Source: Escherichia phage finno. Taken from it: a stretch of DNA of 64,000 nucleotides. The notes under the pieces were generated by a model. That model did not search any database and was not told the DNA's origin. It saw only the letters and a list, made by a program, of their open reading frames with translations. The position numbers and the translations under genes were made by a program. Position 1 is the stretch's first letter. Each line of letters begins with the position of its first letter. The stretch lies in the sequence record MN850619.1; one strand, written 5' to 3'. Positions 43,116 to 51,780 of this stretch are shown here, one piece after another.

Positions 43116-43117
43116 TT

Positions 43118-43324
43118 TTAAATCTTTTTAGAAAACTTCGCAAAGAGTTCTCTTAGTTTTTCAGTGATACCTAACTGTATCTCTAATATTTCAAAGATAA
43201 CCCATAGTAACATGGCTCCAAACAATGAACCTTGTTCAAAGTCAGTAAATAGGTTAACAATAAGCATACCAATCACAATAGCTGGTGCATCAACAACCAA
43301 ACCTTCCCAAAGGCGTTTAAGCAT
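43118..43324 (-). CDS. Hypothetical small membrane protein
   Basis: 68 aa; hydrophobic core. Confidence 0.45.
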   Translation of the reverse strand: MLKRLWEGLVVDAPAIVIGMLIVNLFTDFEQGSLFGAMLLWVIFEILEIQLGITEKLRELFAKFSKKI

Positions 43325-43559
43325 TATTCACCTCTGCCATAAAATTCTGTAGCGTACCAACAGGTTTTAGGTTTTGTCCATCAGTTTTCATGATGAATGG
43401 CATCTGACGAACTGGCATCTGTGCAATATCCATCAGGTCTGATAGCTCATAGTCCTGCCCTAACATTCTCACAACATGGTCAATACCACGAGCTTTTGCA
43501 AAATTCTTTGCAGTCTCACACTGAGGGCATCCAGTTTTGGAGTAAATTACATAAGTCAT
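43317..43559 (-). CDS. Glutaredoxin/thioredoxin-like redoxin (CPQC active site)
   Basis: 80 aa; YSKTGCPQCETAK is a glutaredoxin-type CxxC motif; adjacent to the RNR genes. Confidence 0.8.
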   Translation of the reverse strand: MTYVIYSKTGCPQCETAKNFAKARGIDHVVRMLGQDYELSDLMDIAQMPVRQMPFIMKTDGQNLKPVGTLQNFMAEVNNA

Positions 43560-44632
43560 TAAGGAACCTCTAAAAATCCACTATTCAAATCATCTACAAC
43601 AGTATTCAATAGGTACGCACCGTTCTGTTGCTCCTGATTAGCATTCTGCTCTTTATCAATTTCCATCTTCTTAATCATGTACTTCAAAGGTGGTTCTTTA
43701 GGAGCTACAAAATCTCTGGGAATGCCAAACATATCATACAATGGGGCGGCATTATAGTAAACCCACTCATGAAGAAGCTTTGTATTTAGGCCAACTACAG
43801 CACGTCCTTCGGAGAAGATATAATACGACCATTTCTCTTCACTTTCAACTACTTCATCTAAGATTACTTTAATCTCTGGAAGAATTTGTTGAAAAGCTTT
43901 CTGCCACTCATCATCTCTTAAAGTTTCTTTTAAAACTTCAATATCAATTTTAGTGTGAAGGATTTCGTCAAGCATAATTTTCTGTACCGCTTGAGCAATA
44001 CCCTGAAATTTATCTTGAGCATCAAGTGCAAAAGTACATGCAAAAGATGCCATAAAAGATATACCTTCAAGTGCAGTCACTGCAAACAGCCCTTTCAGAA
44101 TCACTTTATGGAAGTGTAAAGGGTCTTTGTCCAGAAGTGAATCACGAACATAACTCAGACGATAGTTTATACCTTCATCCAGTAATTCTTCAAGAACACG
44201 ATTCACAGTTTTTAATCGGTCTTGCACAGCAACATTCTGGTTAATCTCATCTAAGATTGTTTCAGGGTTTTTAATACATTGCCTTACAATCTCTGAGTAA
44301 GTAAGAGCATGTAGGTTTTCAATCTCAGATTGCTTCATAATTGCAGTTGCATATATGTCATCAGAGATAAAAGGTGCAAAGGCAAATGCCAAGCTCTTAG
44401 CAACTTGAGTGTCTGCTTCCCATTGCCACTTAAGAATCTCAAGCATTACACCTGACATTGATGCTGGGACACTCTCAAAATCAAGACGTGATTGTTCAAA
44501 AGGGAACTCATCTTCTGACCAGTCTTGTGCTTTTTGTTGTTTATAAAGTTCAAAGATTTTTGGGTAGTGTTTATTAAGTGAGTCAAAAGTTTTTCTCTCA
44601 CCACCTAAAAAGATTGGGTGCTGGTTAATCAT
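43559..44632 (-). CDS. nrdB: Ribonucleotide reductase class Ia small (beta) subunit
   Basis: 357 aa; ferritin-like di-iron layout and position next to nrdA. Confidence 0.85.
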   Translation of the reverse strand: MINQHPIFLGGERKTFDSLNKHYPKIFELYKQQKAQDWSEDEFPFEQSRLDFESVPASMSGVMLEILKWQWEADTQVAKSLAFAFAPFISDDIYATAIMKQSEIENLHALTYSEIVRQCIKNPETILDEINQNVAVQDRLKTVNRVLEELLDEGINYRLSYVRDSLLDKDPLHFHKVILKGLFAVTALEGISFMASFACTFALDAQDKFQGIAQAVQKIMLDEILHTKIDIEVLKETLRDDEWQKAFQQILPEIKVILDEVVESEEKWSYYIFSEGRAVVGLNTKLLHEWVYYNAAPLYDMFGIPRDFVAPKEPPLKYMIKKMEIDKEQNANQEQQNGAYLLNTVVDDLNSGFLEVP

Positions 44633-44889
44633 AGCGTGATTTCTCCTTTCTTTATCATTTCTAGGGCTTGTTTTCTGTCTAAAACTTCCCAGTTTTCTTT
44701 GTTAAACATCTCATAAGGTCTTGCGTAGATTTTACCATCTGCTGTAGAGATGTAAGAGATACCAGCAACCCATGAGTCATCATTTTGTTTTATCATCATA
44801 TCTGTGCTACTCACATAGTACATCGTTTTCCGAGGCTTGTGGAGCAAGTATATAGGCCGCTCATGTTTTTCTATTAAGTCTTTCATGGT
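44629..44889 (-). CDS. Hypothetical protein inserted between nrdA and nrdB
   Basis: ORF track 44629..44970; start trimmed to MKDLIEK (RBS GGAGA), since the longer N-terminus overlaps the nrdA 3' end. Confidence 0.45.
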   Translation of the reverse strand, partial: TMKDLIEKHERPIYLLHKPRKTMYYVSSTDMMIKQNDDSWVAGISYISTADGKIYARPYEMFNKENWEVLDRKQALEMIKKGEITL

Positions 44890-44941
44890 CTCTCCAAAGT
44901 TATTTTTAGAGGGTCTTTTACGACCCTCATAGTTGTTAAAA

Positions 44942-47176
44942 CTAAACACCACAACCCTCGCAATAAGCATCTTGCAGTGCAGATTTACCTACACCAATGC
45001 GACTGTTAAGGTAGTACATGGTTTTCATACCTACCGAGTTGGCATAAATCATGTACTTCAAAGCTTGAGCTAATGATACCTTCTTAGACTTTGCATAGTC
45101 AACATAGAAGTCTGAAGAGATAGCTTGACCAGTGAACTTTTGAACAATTGCATAACAATCAATCATATCAAAGGTGTCGATACCCCAAGCAATTTCATAG
45201 ACATACTTCAGCTCTTCATAATCTGGAACAATAAAAAGTACGTTACCAGTTGCAGACTTTTTAGTTAAAATAAAGTCACGAATTGGGTACAAGCCGTTTG
45301 TCGTATTAGTTGCTAGTGAAGAACTCTCATTAGGCATGTAAGCTTCTAATACAGAGTTTCGGATTCCACCATTTTCTTTGATACGTTGTGATAAGTCATC
45401 CCAATCATATCGTAGTTTTGCATCATGCTTTTCATCAATCTTCTTGTTAGCTGTCTTTGGAGGAACCCAGCCTTCAGGATACTTAGTGAACTTCATGTAC
45501 TCTGGAACGCCACGCTCTTTAGCAAGTCTCAGAGAGGCTTCATGCAGATAGTAAGAGTGCATCTCTGCAAGTTCATGAAGTTTCGTTTTACCTGCTCGTG
45601 AAGAGTAGTTCACGTAGTTCTTCGCAAGGTAATGAGCCACATTTGTAAGGCCAATCCCAACAGAACGACGCTTCTGAACATGGTTACGCATCGACGGATA
45701 CGGATAATCCATAAGGTCAATAACGGAGTCAACCATTGCAAGAGCATAATAAGCAACGTCAGCGTATTCATCTTCTGAAATTCTCCCTGCAACCAAACTA
45801 GCTAGGAAGCAAAGAGCCACCTCACCATCCTCTTTCACAGCATCGTCTCTGTAAAGGTCTGTCTCTTTCTCAAAACCATACACTGGCAATACAATTTCCA
45901 TACAAAGATTTGACATCTTCAATGGTTCTTTAAATGGTGTATGTGTGTTCGCATTATTTGTGAAGAATGGATACACACGACCTGTAGCATAACGCTGTTG
46001 AATAAACAGCTTAGCAATTTCACGAGCCTTTACTCGTCTGTGCTTAACTCCTGAATGTACTGCATGACCAACTGCCATAGCAAACTCATCAGCAGATGCT
46101 GTGTAGAACATGTCATAGAGTTTTGGTGCATCTTTGTAAGAGAATAACAACCAATCTGTATCATACTGAACACACTGCCAGAAATAATCGTTTGTGCCGA
46201 ATGAGTAGTCCATCTCATTAATACGTTTAGAAGGAACCGTTGTAGGGTGCTTCAAACGCAGTAAATCTTCAATCTGCGGGTCTAGAGCAGTGTAGAAGTT
46301 ATTAGCTGAACCACCACGACTCTTCTGTTTATTTGCCTCTACAGATGAACGTACAAGCTTGTAATAAGGCAGTTTACCCATGTGCTCAATAGTATTTTGA
46401 CGGATACCATCACCAATAGTACGTGTCTCCATCAGCATACCAATACCAGCTTGCTTTGTGGTCATATCATAAGCAACCTTTGCAGCAATACCGAGAGACT
46501 CAGCAGTATCATTTGCCTTAATCAAACAGCATGACGCATAACCTGATTTAGTAGCTCTTAAACCGTTTAAATAAGGTGTAGGAGCATTAATCTTCAGGTC
46601 AGATAGATAAGTGTACAGCTTGATAACATCTTGCAGTCTACGGTGCTTTGGTTGCTTCTCAAAGGCTTTCATAGCCATACCCATAAACATAAATTGCGGT
46701 GACTCAAAAAGTCTTCCCGTTTTAATATCACGGATACCATACTTGTCTCTGAACTGTTTCAAGACTGCATAACCGTAAGAGATATCTTTTGAGTGTACGA
46801 TGTAACCTTGCAGGTATTCAAGCTCTTCCTGTGAATAGTCCATCTTCTCCCAAAGTCCCGCCCTCTCCATGTTTTTAACGAAGGTAACCAGCGTAGGAAC
46901 CTTAGTAAAGCCTCCAAAGGCTTCTTTGTAGATAATACCCAAAAGCAGTCGTCCAGCCATATCTGAGTACTCTTGAGTTTGTTTATCAACACAAACATCA
47001 ATCATGGCTTGGTGCATCTCTTTTGTAGTGCAACCCTCATAGACACGTTTCATGGCTTCCATAGTGACTTCTGACCAGATAATTCCACGCTTATCTGCCC
47101 ATGATGCCCATTTATTCAGTCTTTCTGGGTCAAAGCTTACTACTGTACCATTTGATTTTTTAATTGTCTTAATCAT
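44942..47176 (-). CDS. nrdA: Ribonucleotide reductase class Ia large (alpha) subunit
   Basis: 744 aa; C-terminal redox cysteine pair CEGCGV; size consistent with NrdA. Confidence 0.9.
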   Translation of the reverse strand: MIKTIKKSNGTVVSFDPERLNKWASWADKRGIIWSEVTMEAMKRVYEGCTTKEMHQAMIDVCVDKQTQEYSDMAGRLLLGIIYKEAFGGFTKVPTLVTFVKNMERAGLWEKMDYSQEELEYLQGYIVHSKDISYGYAVLKQFRDKYGIRDIKTGRLFESPQFMFMGMAMKAFEKQPKHRRLQDVIKLYTYLSDLKINAPTPYLNGLRATKSGYASCCLIKANDTAESLGIAAKVAYDMTTKQAGIGMLMETRTIGDGIRQNTIEHMGKLPYYKLVRSSVEANKQKSRGGSANNFYTALDPQIEDLLRLKHPTTVPSKRINEMDYSFGTNDYFWQCVQYDTDWLLFSYKDAPKLYDMFYTASADEFAMAVGHAVHSGVKHRRVKAREIAKLFIQQRYATGRVYPFFTNNANTHTPFKEPLKMSNLCMEIVLPVYGFEKETDLYRDDAVKEDGEVALCFLASLVAGRISEDEYADVAYYALAMVDSVIDLMDYPYPSMRNHVQKRRSVGIGLTNVAHYLAKNYVNYSSRAGKTKLHELAEMHSYYLHEASLRLAKERGVPEYMKFTKYPEGWVPPKTANKKIDEKHDAKLRYDWDDLSQRIKENGGIRNSVLEAYMPNESSSLATNTTNGLYPIRDFILTKKSATGNVLFIVPDYEELKYVYEIAWGIDTFDMIDCYAIVQKFTGQAISSDFYVDYAKSKKVSLAQALKYMIYANSVGMKTMYYLNSRIGVGKSALQDAYCEGCGV

Positions 47177-47185
47177 TTTTGAATC

Positions 47186-47218
47186 CTACAGATGAAAAGA
47201 GCCTCCGAAGAGGCTCCC
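47186..47218 (-). terminator. Hairpin/terminator upstream of nrdA
   Basis: Minus-sense AGAGCCTCTTCGGAGGCTCT followed by TTTCATC. Confidence 0.45.
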
Positions 47219-47222
47219 TAGT

Positions 47223-47561
47223 TTAAATCTTGAAAATTTGCTCATTCTGCCACATATCATAAAACTTATCACTTACCTTTGTGACTGAAGAAGTGTGCAT
47301 ACAATTCAGGGAGAACCATGATGATGTATTATCATCCATAATTGTTTCAAGTTTTTGTGTAACGTTCACATCCATGTCTGCAACAACGTAATTACCTCGC
47401 ATCTTGCAAACAACTCTTCCAAACAAGATTGCACTTCTACCTCTTCGGTCATCACAGTACATAACTGTGTCTCCGTGCTTAACGTCTTGTCCGATGCTGT
47501 CAACACCTAGCTTAACACCTGAGATAATGTCATCATAAGATAGCTTTTTTGCTTTAGACAC
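47223..47561 (-). CDS. Hypothetical protein
   Basis: 112 aa ORF. Confidence 0.5.
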   Translation of the reverse strand: MSKAKKLSYDDIISGVKLGVDSIGQDVKHGDTVMYCDDRRGRSAILFGRVVCKMRGNYVVADMDVNVTQKLETIMDDNTSSWFSLNCMHTSSVTKVSDKFYDMWQNEQIFKI

Positions 47562-47886
47562 GGTATTTCTCCAAGTTTCTTTTTAGATACAACCAACCAT
47601 AGTCAGTCCTTTCTACACCCATAAAGAGTGGAGCCATCACAACTTTACCGAAAGTATTCCTGTGTTGGCAGATTTCAAAGGAATACTCTTTCTCAATATC
47701 AATCCCGTATTTGTACAGGACTGCTTTTAAAACTTGTTCATTGTCCAGAAGTGTATCTGGAGTCTCACCATATTTTTCTAGTAACGGGTCATTCATAAAC
47801 ACCGTCATAGAAATATTGTAGTTTGAGAAGTGGCTCTTCTGAGCCACACCTTCTTTATTAATGTTCTGTGAATCCATTATAACCAA
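47554..47886 (-). CDS. Hypothetical protein
   Basis: 110 aa ORF. Confidence 0.5.
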   Translation of the reverse strand: MVIMDSQNINKEGVAQKSHFSNYNISMTVFMNDPLLEKYGETPDTLLDNEQVLKAVLYKYGIDIEKEYSFEICQHRNTFGKVVMAPLFMGVERTDYGWLYLKRNLEKYRV

Positions 47887-48613
47887 CCCCTTTTAACCAG
47901 CACTTCAGGTTATTAGCATCATAATTCAGTTTCGGGTATGAGGTTACATGGAACTGCTCACCATCATAGTAGACAATATCTGCAATCCATAGTCCGTTCT
48001 CTTTACAGAAGTCTTTATCTGCTTTAGAGGTAATTGGATTAACTTCTACAAAACCATCTACACCCAAATCCTTTAAGCTACCTACAATACCTTTGCAGAT
48101 AACGCATGTCTCAGATACTACCACAAAAAGTTCTTGGCTTTCAAGCTCTACAATGTATTCACCAAGCTGTACTTTAGGGAGATTTGATTGCTTCATAATC
48201 TTCCCATCGGCTGCACGAACAATCGCATACCACTCTTTACCATCAACTACTGACATTCTGATAATACACTCTTGACCAGTACGCTTTTCAATGTCTGCAA
48301 GACGTTTTAAAGCTTCTTCATAGTCATCTGTGTACTTCAGGTCATTATTATGGCAAACAGCTTTCATAGCACCGTTATGGTCATGTTGTGACAGATAAAT
48401 CAATCCGTCAAGAACATATTGCAAATCCGCCTGAGCATCCAGTGTCTCAATGGGGTCTTTCTCTTCAATTGCTTTTACAAGCTCTTTTGCTTCTTCAAGC
48501 ATACACAGAGATTGAGATTTTAAAGATTCCCAATACTCATCACTGTAAGGTTGCTTTTGAGTGTTTCCACAACGAAGGTTCCAGTTTTTTACTGATTCTC
48601 TTGAGTTAAACAT
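47858..48613 (-). CDS. Putative nucleotide pyrophosphohydrolase (MazG-like N-terminal domain) with C-terminal Cys-containing domain
   Basis: 251 aa; EEAKELVKAIEE...DAQADLQYVLDGLIYL resembles the MazG/HisE all-alpha NTP-PPase motif. Confidence 0.35.
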   Translation of the reverse strand: MFNSRESVKNWNLRCGNTQKQPYSDEYWESLKSQSLCMLEEAKELVKAIEEKDPIETLDAQADLQYVLDGLIYLSQHDHNGAMKAVCHNNDLKYTDDYEEALKRLADIEKRTGQECIIRMSVVDGKEWYAIVRAADGKIMKQSNLPKVQLGEYIVELESQELFVVVSETCVICKGIVGSLKDLGVDGFVEVNPITSKADKDFCKENGLWIADIVYYDGEQFHVTSYPKLNYDANNLKCWLKGVGYNGFTEH

Positions 48614-48852
48614 TCGGACTCCTTAAAATATTTGTTAACCTTTAGCTCTCGTGTTTCAATATATTCTAGATGCTCACGTAGCTCTTGACGTTTAAGCATT
48701 AGGTGCTGCATTTGAGATTCAACAGCTTCAACTTCTTTGAGTATTGACTCTCTAGCATTTGCAAGGATGCGCTCAAGTTCTTCAATCTTGCTGTCAACTT
48801 TTGCTACATGACTCACAGCTTTACTTTTGTTAAACATTTTATTCTCTCTCAA
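48589..48852 (-). CDS. Hypothetical small coiled-coil protein
   Basis: 87 aa; heptad-like charged sequence. Confidence 0.45.
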   Translation of the reverse strand: MRENKMFNKSKAVSHVAKVDSKIEELERILANARESILKEVEAVESQMQHLMLKRQELREHLEYIETRELKVNKYFKESECLTQENQ

Positions 48853-48858
48853 TAGTTA

Positions 48859-49356
48859 TCAAGCACAATTTGCTTTCATTACCTTATGGATTCTTTTTTC
48901 AGCATCTTCATAAGTTTCTTTAGTAATAAACTTAATTGCTGCAATATTGGCATTGTAGAAGAGTCTGAGCTTCGAGTCAATCCTTTTTGTCATTACATCG
49001 AACTTATGTTGAAGGTTTGCTTCACCATAAACTAGACCACCTTTTGTGTAGTAGGTTTGGATAATGTAAAAGTCAAAAGACTCTTTTCCAAAACTCTCAA
49101 TATCTTTTTTAATATACTCAGAAGATGTTTCGTAAGTCATCCAATCACTCTCCTTAGTGACTACCTTCTTCCGAGTCTTCCCAGCAACTTTTCTTTTTGT
49201 CACACTGTTAAGTTGTTTCTTTCCGATATAATATTGTCCGGTCTTCTTACAGTGTACTAAATAGACAAAGCCAAAATGTTTAGTGGGGTCAACTTCCCCA
49301 CATAAAGATACCCAATGACCATAGGTGGGGCAATTGCCAAATCCTTTAATCTTCAT
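48859..49356 (-). CDS. GIY-YIG endonuclease (homing-endonuclease-like)
   Basis: 165 aa; FGFVYLVHCKKTGQYYIGKK matches the GIY-(10-11)-YIG motif. Confidence 0.55.
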   Translation of the reverse strand: MKIKGFGNCPTYGHWVSLCGEVDPTKHFGFVYLVHCKKTGQYYIGKKQLNSVTKRKVAGKTRKKVVTKESDWMTYETSSEYIKKDIESFGKESFDFYIIQTYYTKGGLVYGEANLQHKFDVMTKRIDSKLRLFYNANIAAIKFITKETYEDAEKRIHKVMKANCA

Positions 49357-50386
49357 TCATACACGGCTCCCAATTATATTTCTTAAAAGAGAAATTATCT
49401 TTTGGATTTCTCTCTTGATATGCCACCCAGAAATGCTGTTCCATTAACTCTAACGGTGTCTTTGTAACAGTCTGTCCATCCCATGATACATAGGTGTAAG
49501 ACTCTTTTTTAGCATAGAGTTCATAGATAGCATCAAGACACTCTTTGTAGGTCTCTTTACCCTCTAAAGCGTTCATCACAGCTACTTTACCAGCACCTTT
49601 AAGACCAAAGTAGTTGTCTGCATTATCCCCAGCAACAGCCTGATAACACAAGAATTTAAAACCTACACCAACTGTTTTTGCAGCTTTTGGTTTTGATTTG
49701 ATAGGGCAATCCCAGATATCACCAACATTATTGTCAGCGATAAAAATTAGTGGTGACTTTTCATAAGTCATATCAATACAATACGTCCCTTCAGCTTGTC
49801 GAAGGTCTTTGTCAATACTCATAAGAGCAGCTTTCTTACCCATCTTTTCAGCTTTAGCAATTACGATTGAATCGGCTTCGAAGCCACCCTTTAAGAGCTT
49901 GAACTCTGGTCTGGATAAAAGATATTCACGACAAGCGACTAAGTGTGTTGGTGTGACAGCATCTTTACGGTTACCTTGATATTGGTGCTCAAGACCTTTA
50001 ATGTCTTTATGTTTATGCACACCTTTCTCTGTTAAATAACCTACCCAAGTTCTCTCTTTACCAACAACCTTAAGCCATTCCTGAAGAACCTGTTGAGTAG
50101 CCATGATAGCTTCTTTTTCACTCTTAGCTTCTTTCCAAGTCTGTCTTTCCCATTCATCTTCATCAAATGTCAGGCCAAGTTCTTCCACAAGGATTCTCTG
50201 GTCTGCTAACCATCTTGCAGCATCTTTCGCATTATCAAATGGTTCAGATTCTTCTGCTGTGAGTTTATTGACATATTTATATTTTGCTTTCTCAACTACA
50301 CAAGCACCTTTATAGGCAATACTGTCAGAGTCAATAAAAACATGTGTAACTGAATCGGGAAGTTTTGTTAATGTGTACTTCTCCAT
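49346..50386 (-). CDS. 5'-3' exonuclease / flap endonuclease (RNase H-like)
   Basis: 346 aa; N-terminal VFIDSDSIAY (PIN-like) and AGDNADNYFGLKGAGKVA (H3TH-like) motifs. Confidence 0.6.
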   Translation of the reverse strand: MEKYTLTKLPDSVTHVFIDSDSIAYKGACVVEKAKYKYVNKLTAEESEPFDNAKDAARWLADQRILVEELGLTFDEDEWERQTWKEAKSEKEAIMATQQVLQEWLKVVGKERTWVGYLTEKGVHKHKDIKGLEHQYQGNRKDAVTPTHLVACREYLLSRPEFKLLKGGFEADSIVIAKAEKMGKKAALMSIDKDLRQAEGTYCIDMTYEKSPLIFIADNNVGDIWDCPIKSKPKAAKTVGVGFKFLCYQAVAGDNADNYFGLKGAGKVAVMNALEGKETYKECLDAIYELYAKKESYTYVSWDGQTVTKTPLELMEQHFWVAYQERNPKDNFSFKKYNWEPCMNED

Positions 50387-50448
50387 TATGGCTCTCCATA
50401 TGAAAAAGCCCCATACTAAGTACAGGGCTTTAAAGTAACTTTTAGAGA

Positions 50449-51306
50449 TTAGTCTTCTGTATCGAAGTCTTCATCTTCTTCGTCATCTGGGTCTGGCAAA
50501 TCTTCATCATCACCATCATCAGAAGCATTCGAAGATTTATGGTCTGTTGCGTCTTCTTCAGTGATTTCACCGTTATCTTCAACACCATCAAGACCAAGCA
50601 TAGCCAGTTCATCTTCATCAAGTTCAGGTTCACCATTAGCACCGTTACCACCAGTGTAAGGTACAAGAGTATCAATGATAAACTGTTCCTGAATAGGTTT
50701 TGTCAGAACATTGTTCTCAAAAGTGTAGAAGTGAGTAGAAAGAATCACACTACCAAAAGAACCGTTACCAACTGCGATATCTGGATGAATTACGTCATAG
50801 TTCTTGTCATCTTCATGTTTATCAGATGCTTGAGCTTTGATTTTCTTCATCGGCTGCTTAACAGCTACACGCTTACCATTTACTTCTTCAATCAGCATTA
50901 TAGGGAATGACTGTTTAGCTGTCCATACAGCACCATCTTTATAAGCTGCTGCACGACTTACTTTCAAGATGTAGTAAGTGTCTGCTTCAAAAGGTGGTTT
51001 ACAACCAAACTTCTCTTCGAAGTCATCTGCATCAACTGCTTCAGTAGTAACTTTATCCCAGCCTTCTGGATTTTTCTTAGACTTAGTAAACTCTTTAAAC
51101 AGTTTGTTACCGTCTTCTGCCAGAATTGATACGCTGTAGTTACAATCTTTTCCTGGGAATTTCTTATCAATAGATTTACCTTTTCCCGGACGTGGTGAAG
51201 TGTTCAGGTAATAAAACCAGACATCTTTCAGCAGGTAACGCAGAGTTTGACGTTCAGTACCATTGTACTTCTCTACCGGAGCTTTCATTTTAACAACTTT
51301 AGACAT
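50449..51306 (-). CDS. Putative single-stranded DNA-binding protein with acidic C-terminal tail
   Basis: 285 aa; C-terminal DDGDDEDLPDPDDEEDEDFDTED tail typical of phage SSBs; position in the replication module. Confidence 0.45.
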   Translation of the reverse strand: MSKVVKMKAPVEKYNGTERQTLRYLLKDVWFYYLNTSPRPGKGKSIDKKFPGKDCNYSVSILAEDGNKLFKEFTKSKKNPEGWDKVTTEAVDADDFEEKFGCKPPFEADTYYILKVSRAAAYKDGAVWTAKQSFPIMLIEEVNGKRVAVKQPMKKIKAQASDKHEDDKNYDVIHPDIAVGNGSFGSVILSTHFYTFENNVLTKPIQEQFIIDTLVPYTGGNGANGEPELDEDELAMLGLDGVEDNGEITEEDATDHKSSNASDDGDDEDLPDPDDEEDEDFDTED

Positions 51307-51378
51307 TATTTAAACCTCTATCTCAATTTATGAAGAGTACCAATTCTAATTTGTTGATACTCTATTGTCAAATACTAA

Positions 51379-51528
51379 TTACTGGAAGTTGTGCTTATCT
51401 TTAGAAGCTGCTTTACGTGCAGTTTTTCCAGTTCTTACACGTTTTTCTTCATAGTATTTTGCTGGTTTTCCAGCAGTGGCTTTTAAGGAATCCCCAAAAA
51501 CTTTTTCAAATGCTTTAGAGTGTTTCAT
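51379..51528 (-). CDS. Hypothetical small basic protein (49 aa, below the ORF-track cutoff)
   Basis: Hand translation MKHSKAFEKVFGDSLKATAGKPAKYYEEKRVRTGKTARKAASKDKHNFQ. Confidence 0.35.
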   Translation of the reverse strand: MKHSKAFEKVFGDSLKATAGKPAKYYEEKRVRTGKTARKAASKDKHNFQ

Positions 51529-51780
51529 GATATTCTCCGATATACTTGATATTCAAACACATTTTCTTTAATTATAAACAGCCAGCTAATATTATGCTGA
51601 GGCAGCGCAATGATGACTGTAATCATGCTCTGGTGGAAATCTTCTTTTATCTCAACTTCCCCATCGCATTTCATGAGGAGCATTCTATAGAACCTATCAA
51701 TCTTTGTCAAACACTCTTCCTGAAATTTATTTAAACTTTTTCCTTCAAAGAAGGGTGTGAACCCCTCTCTTTTATAACTA

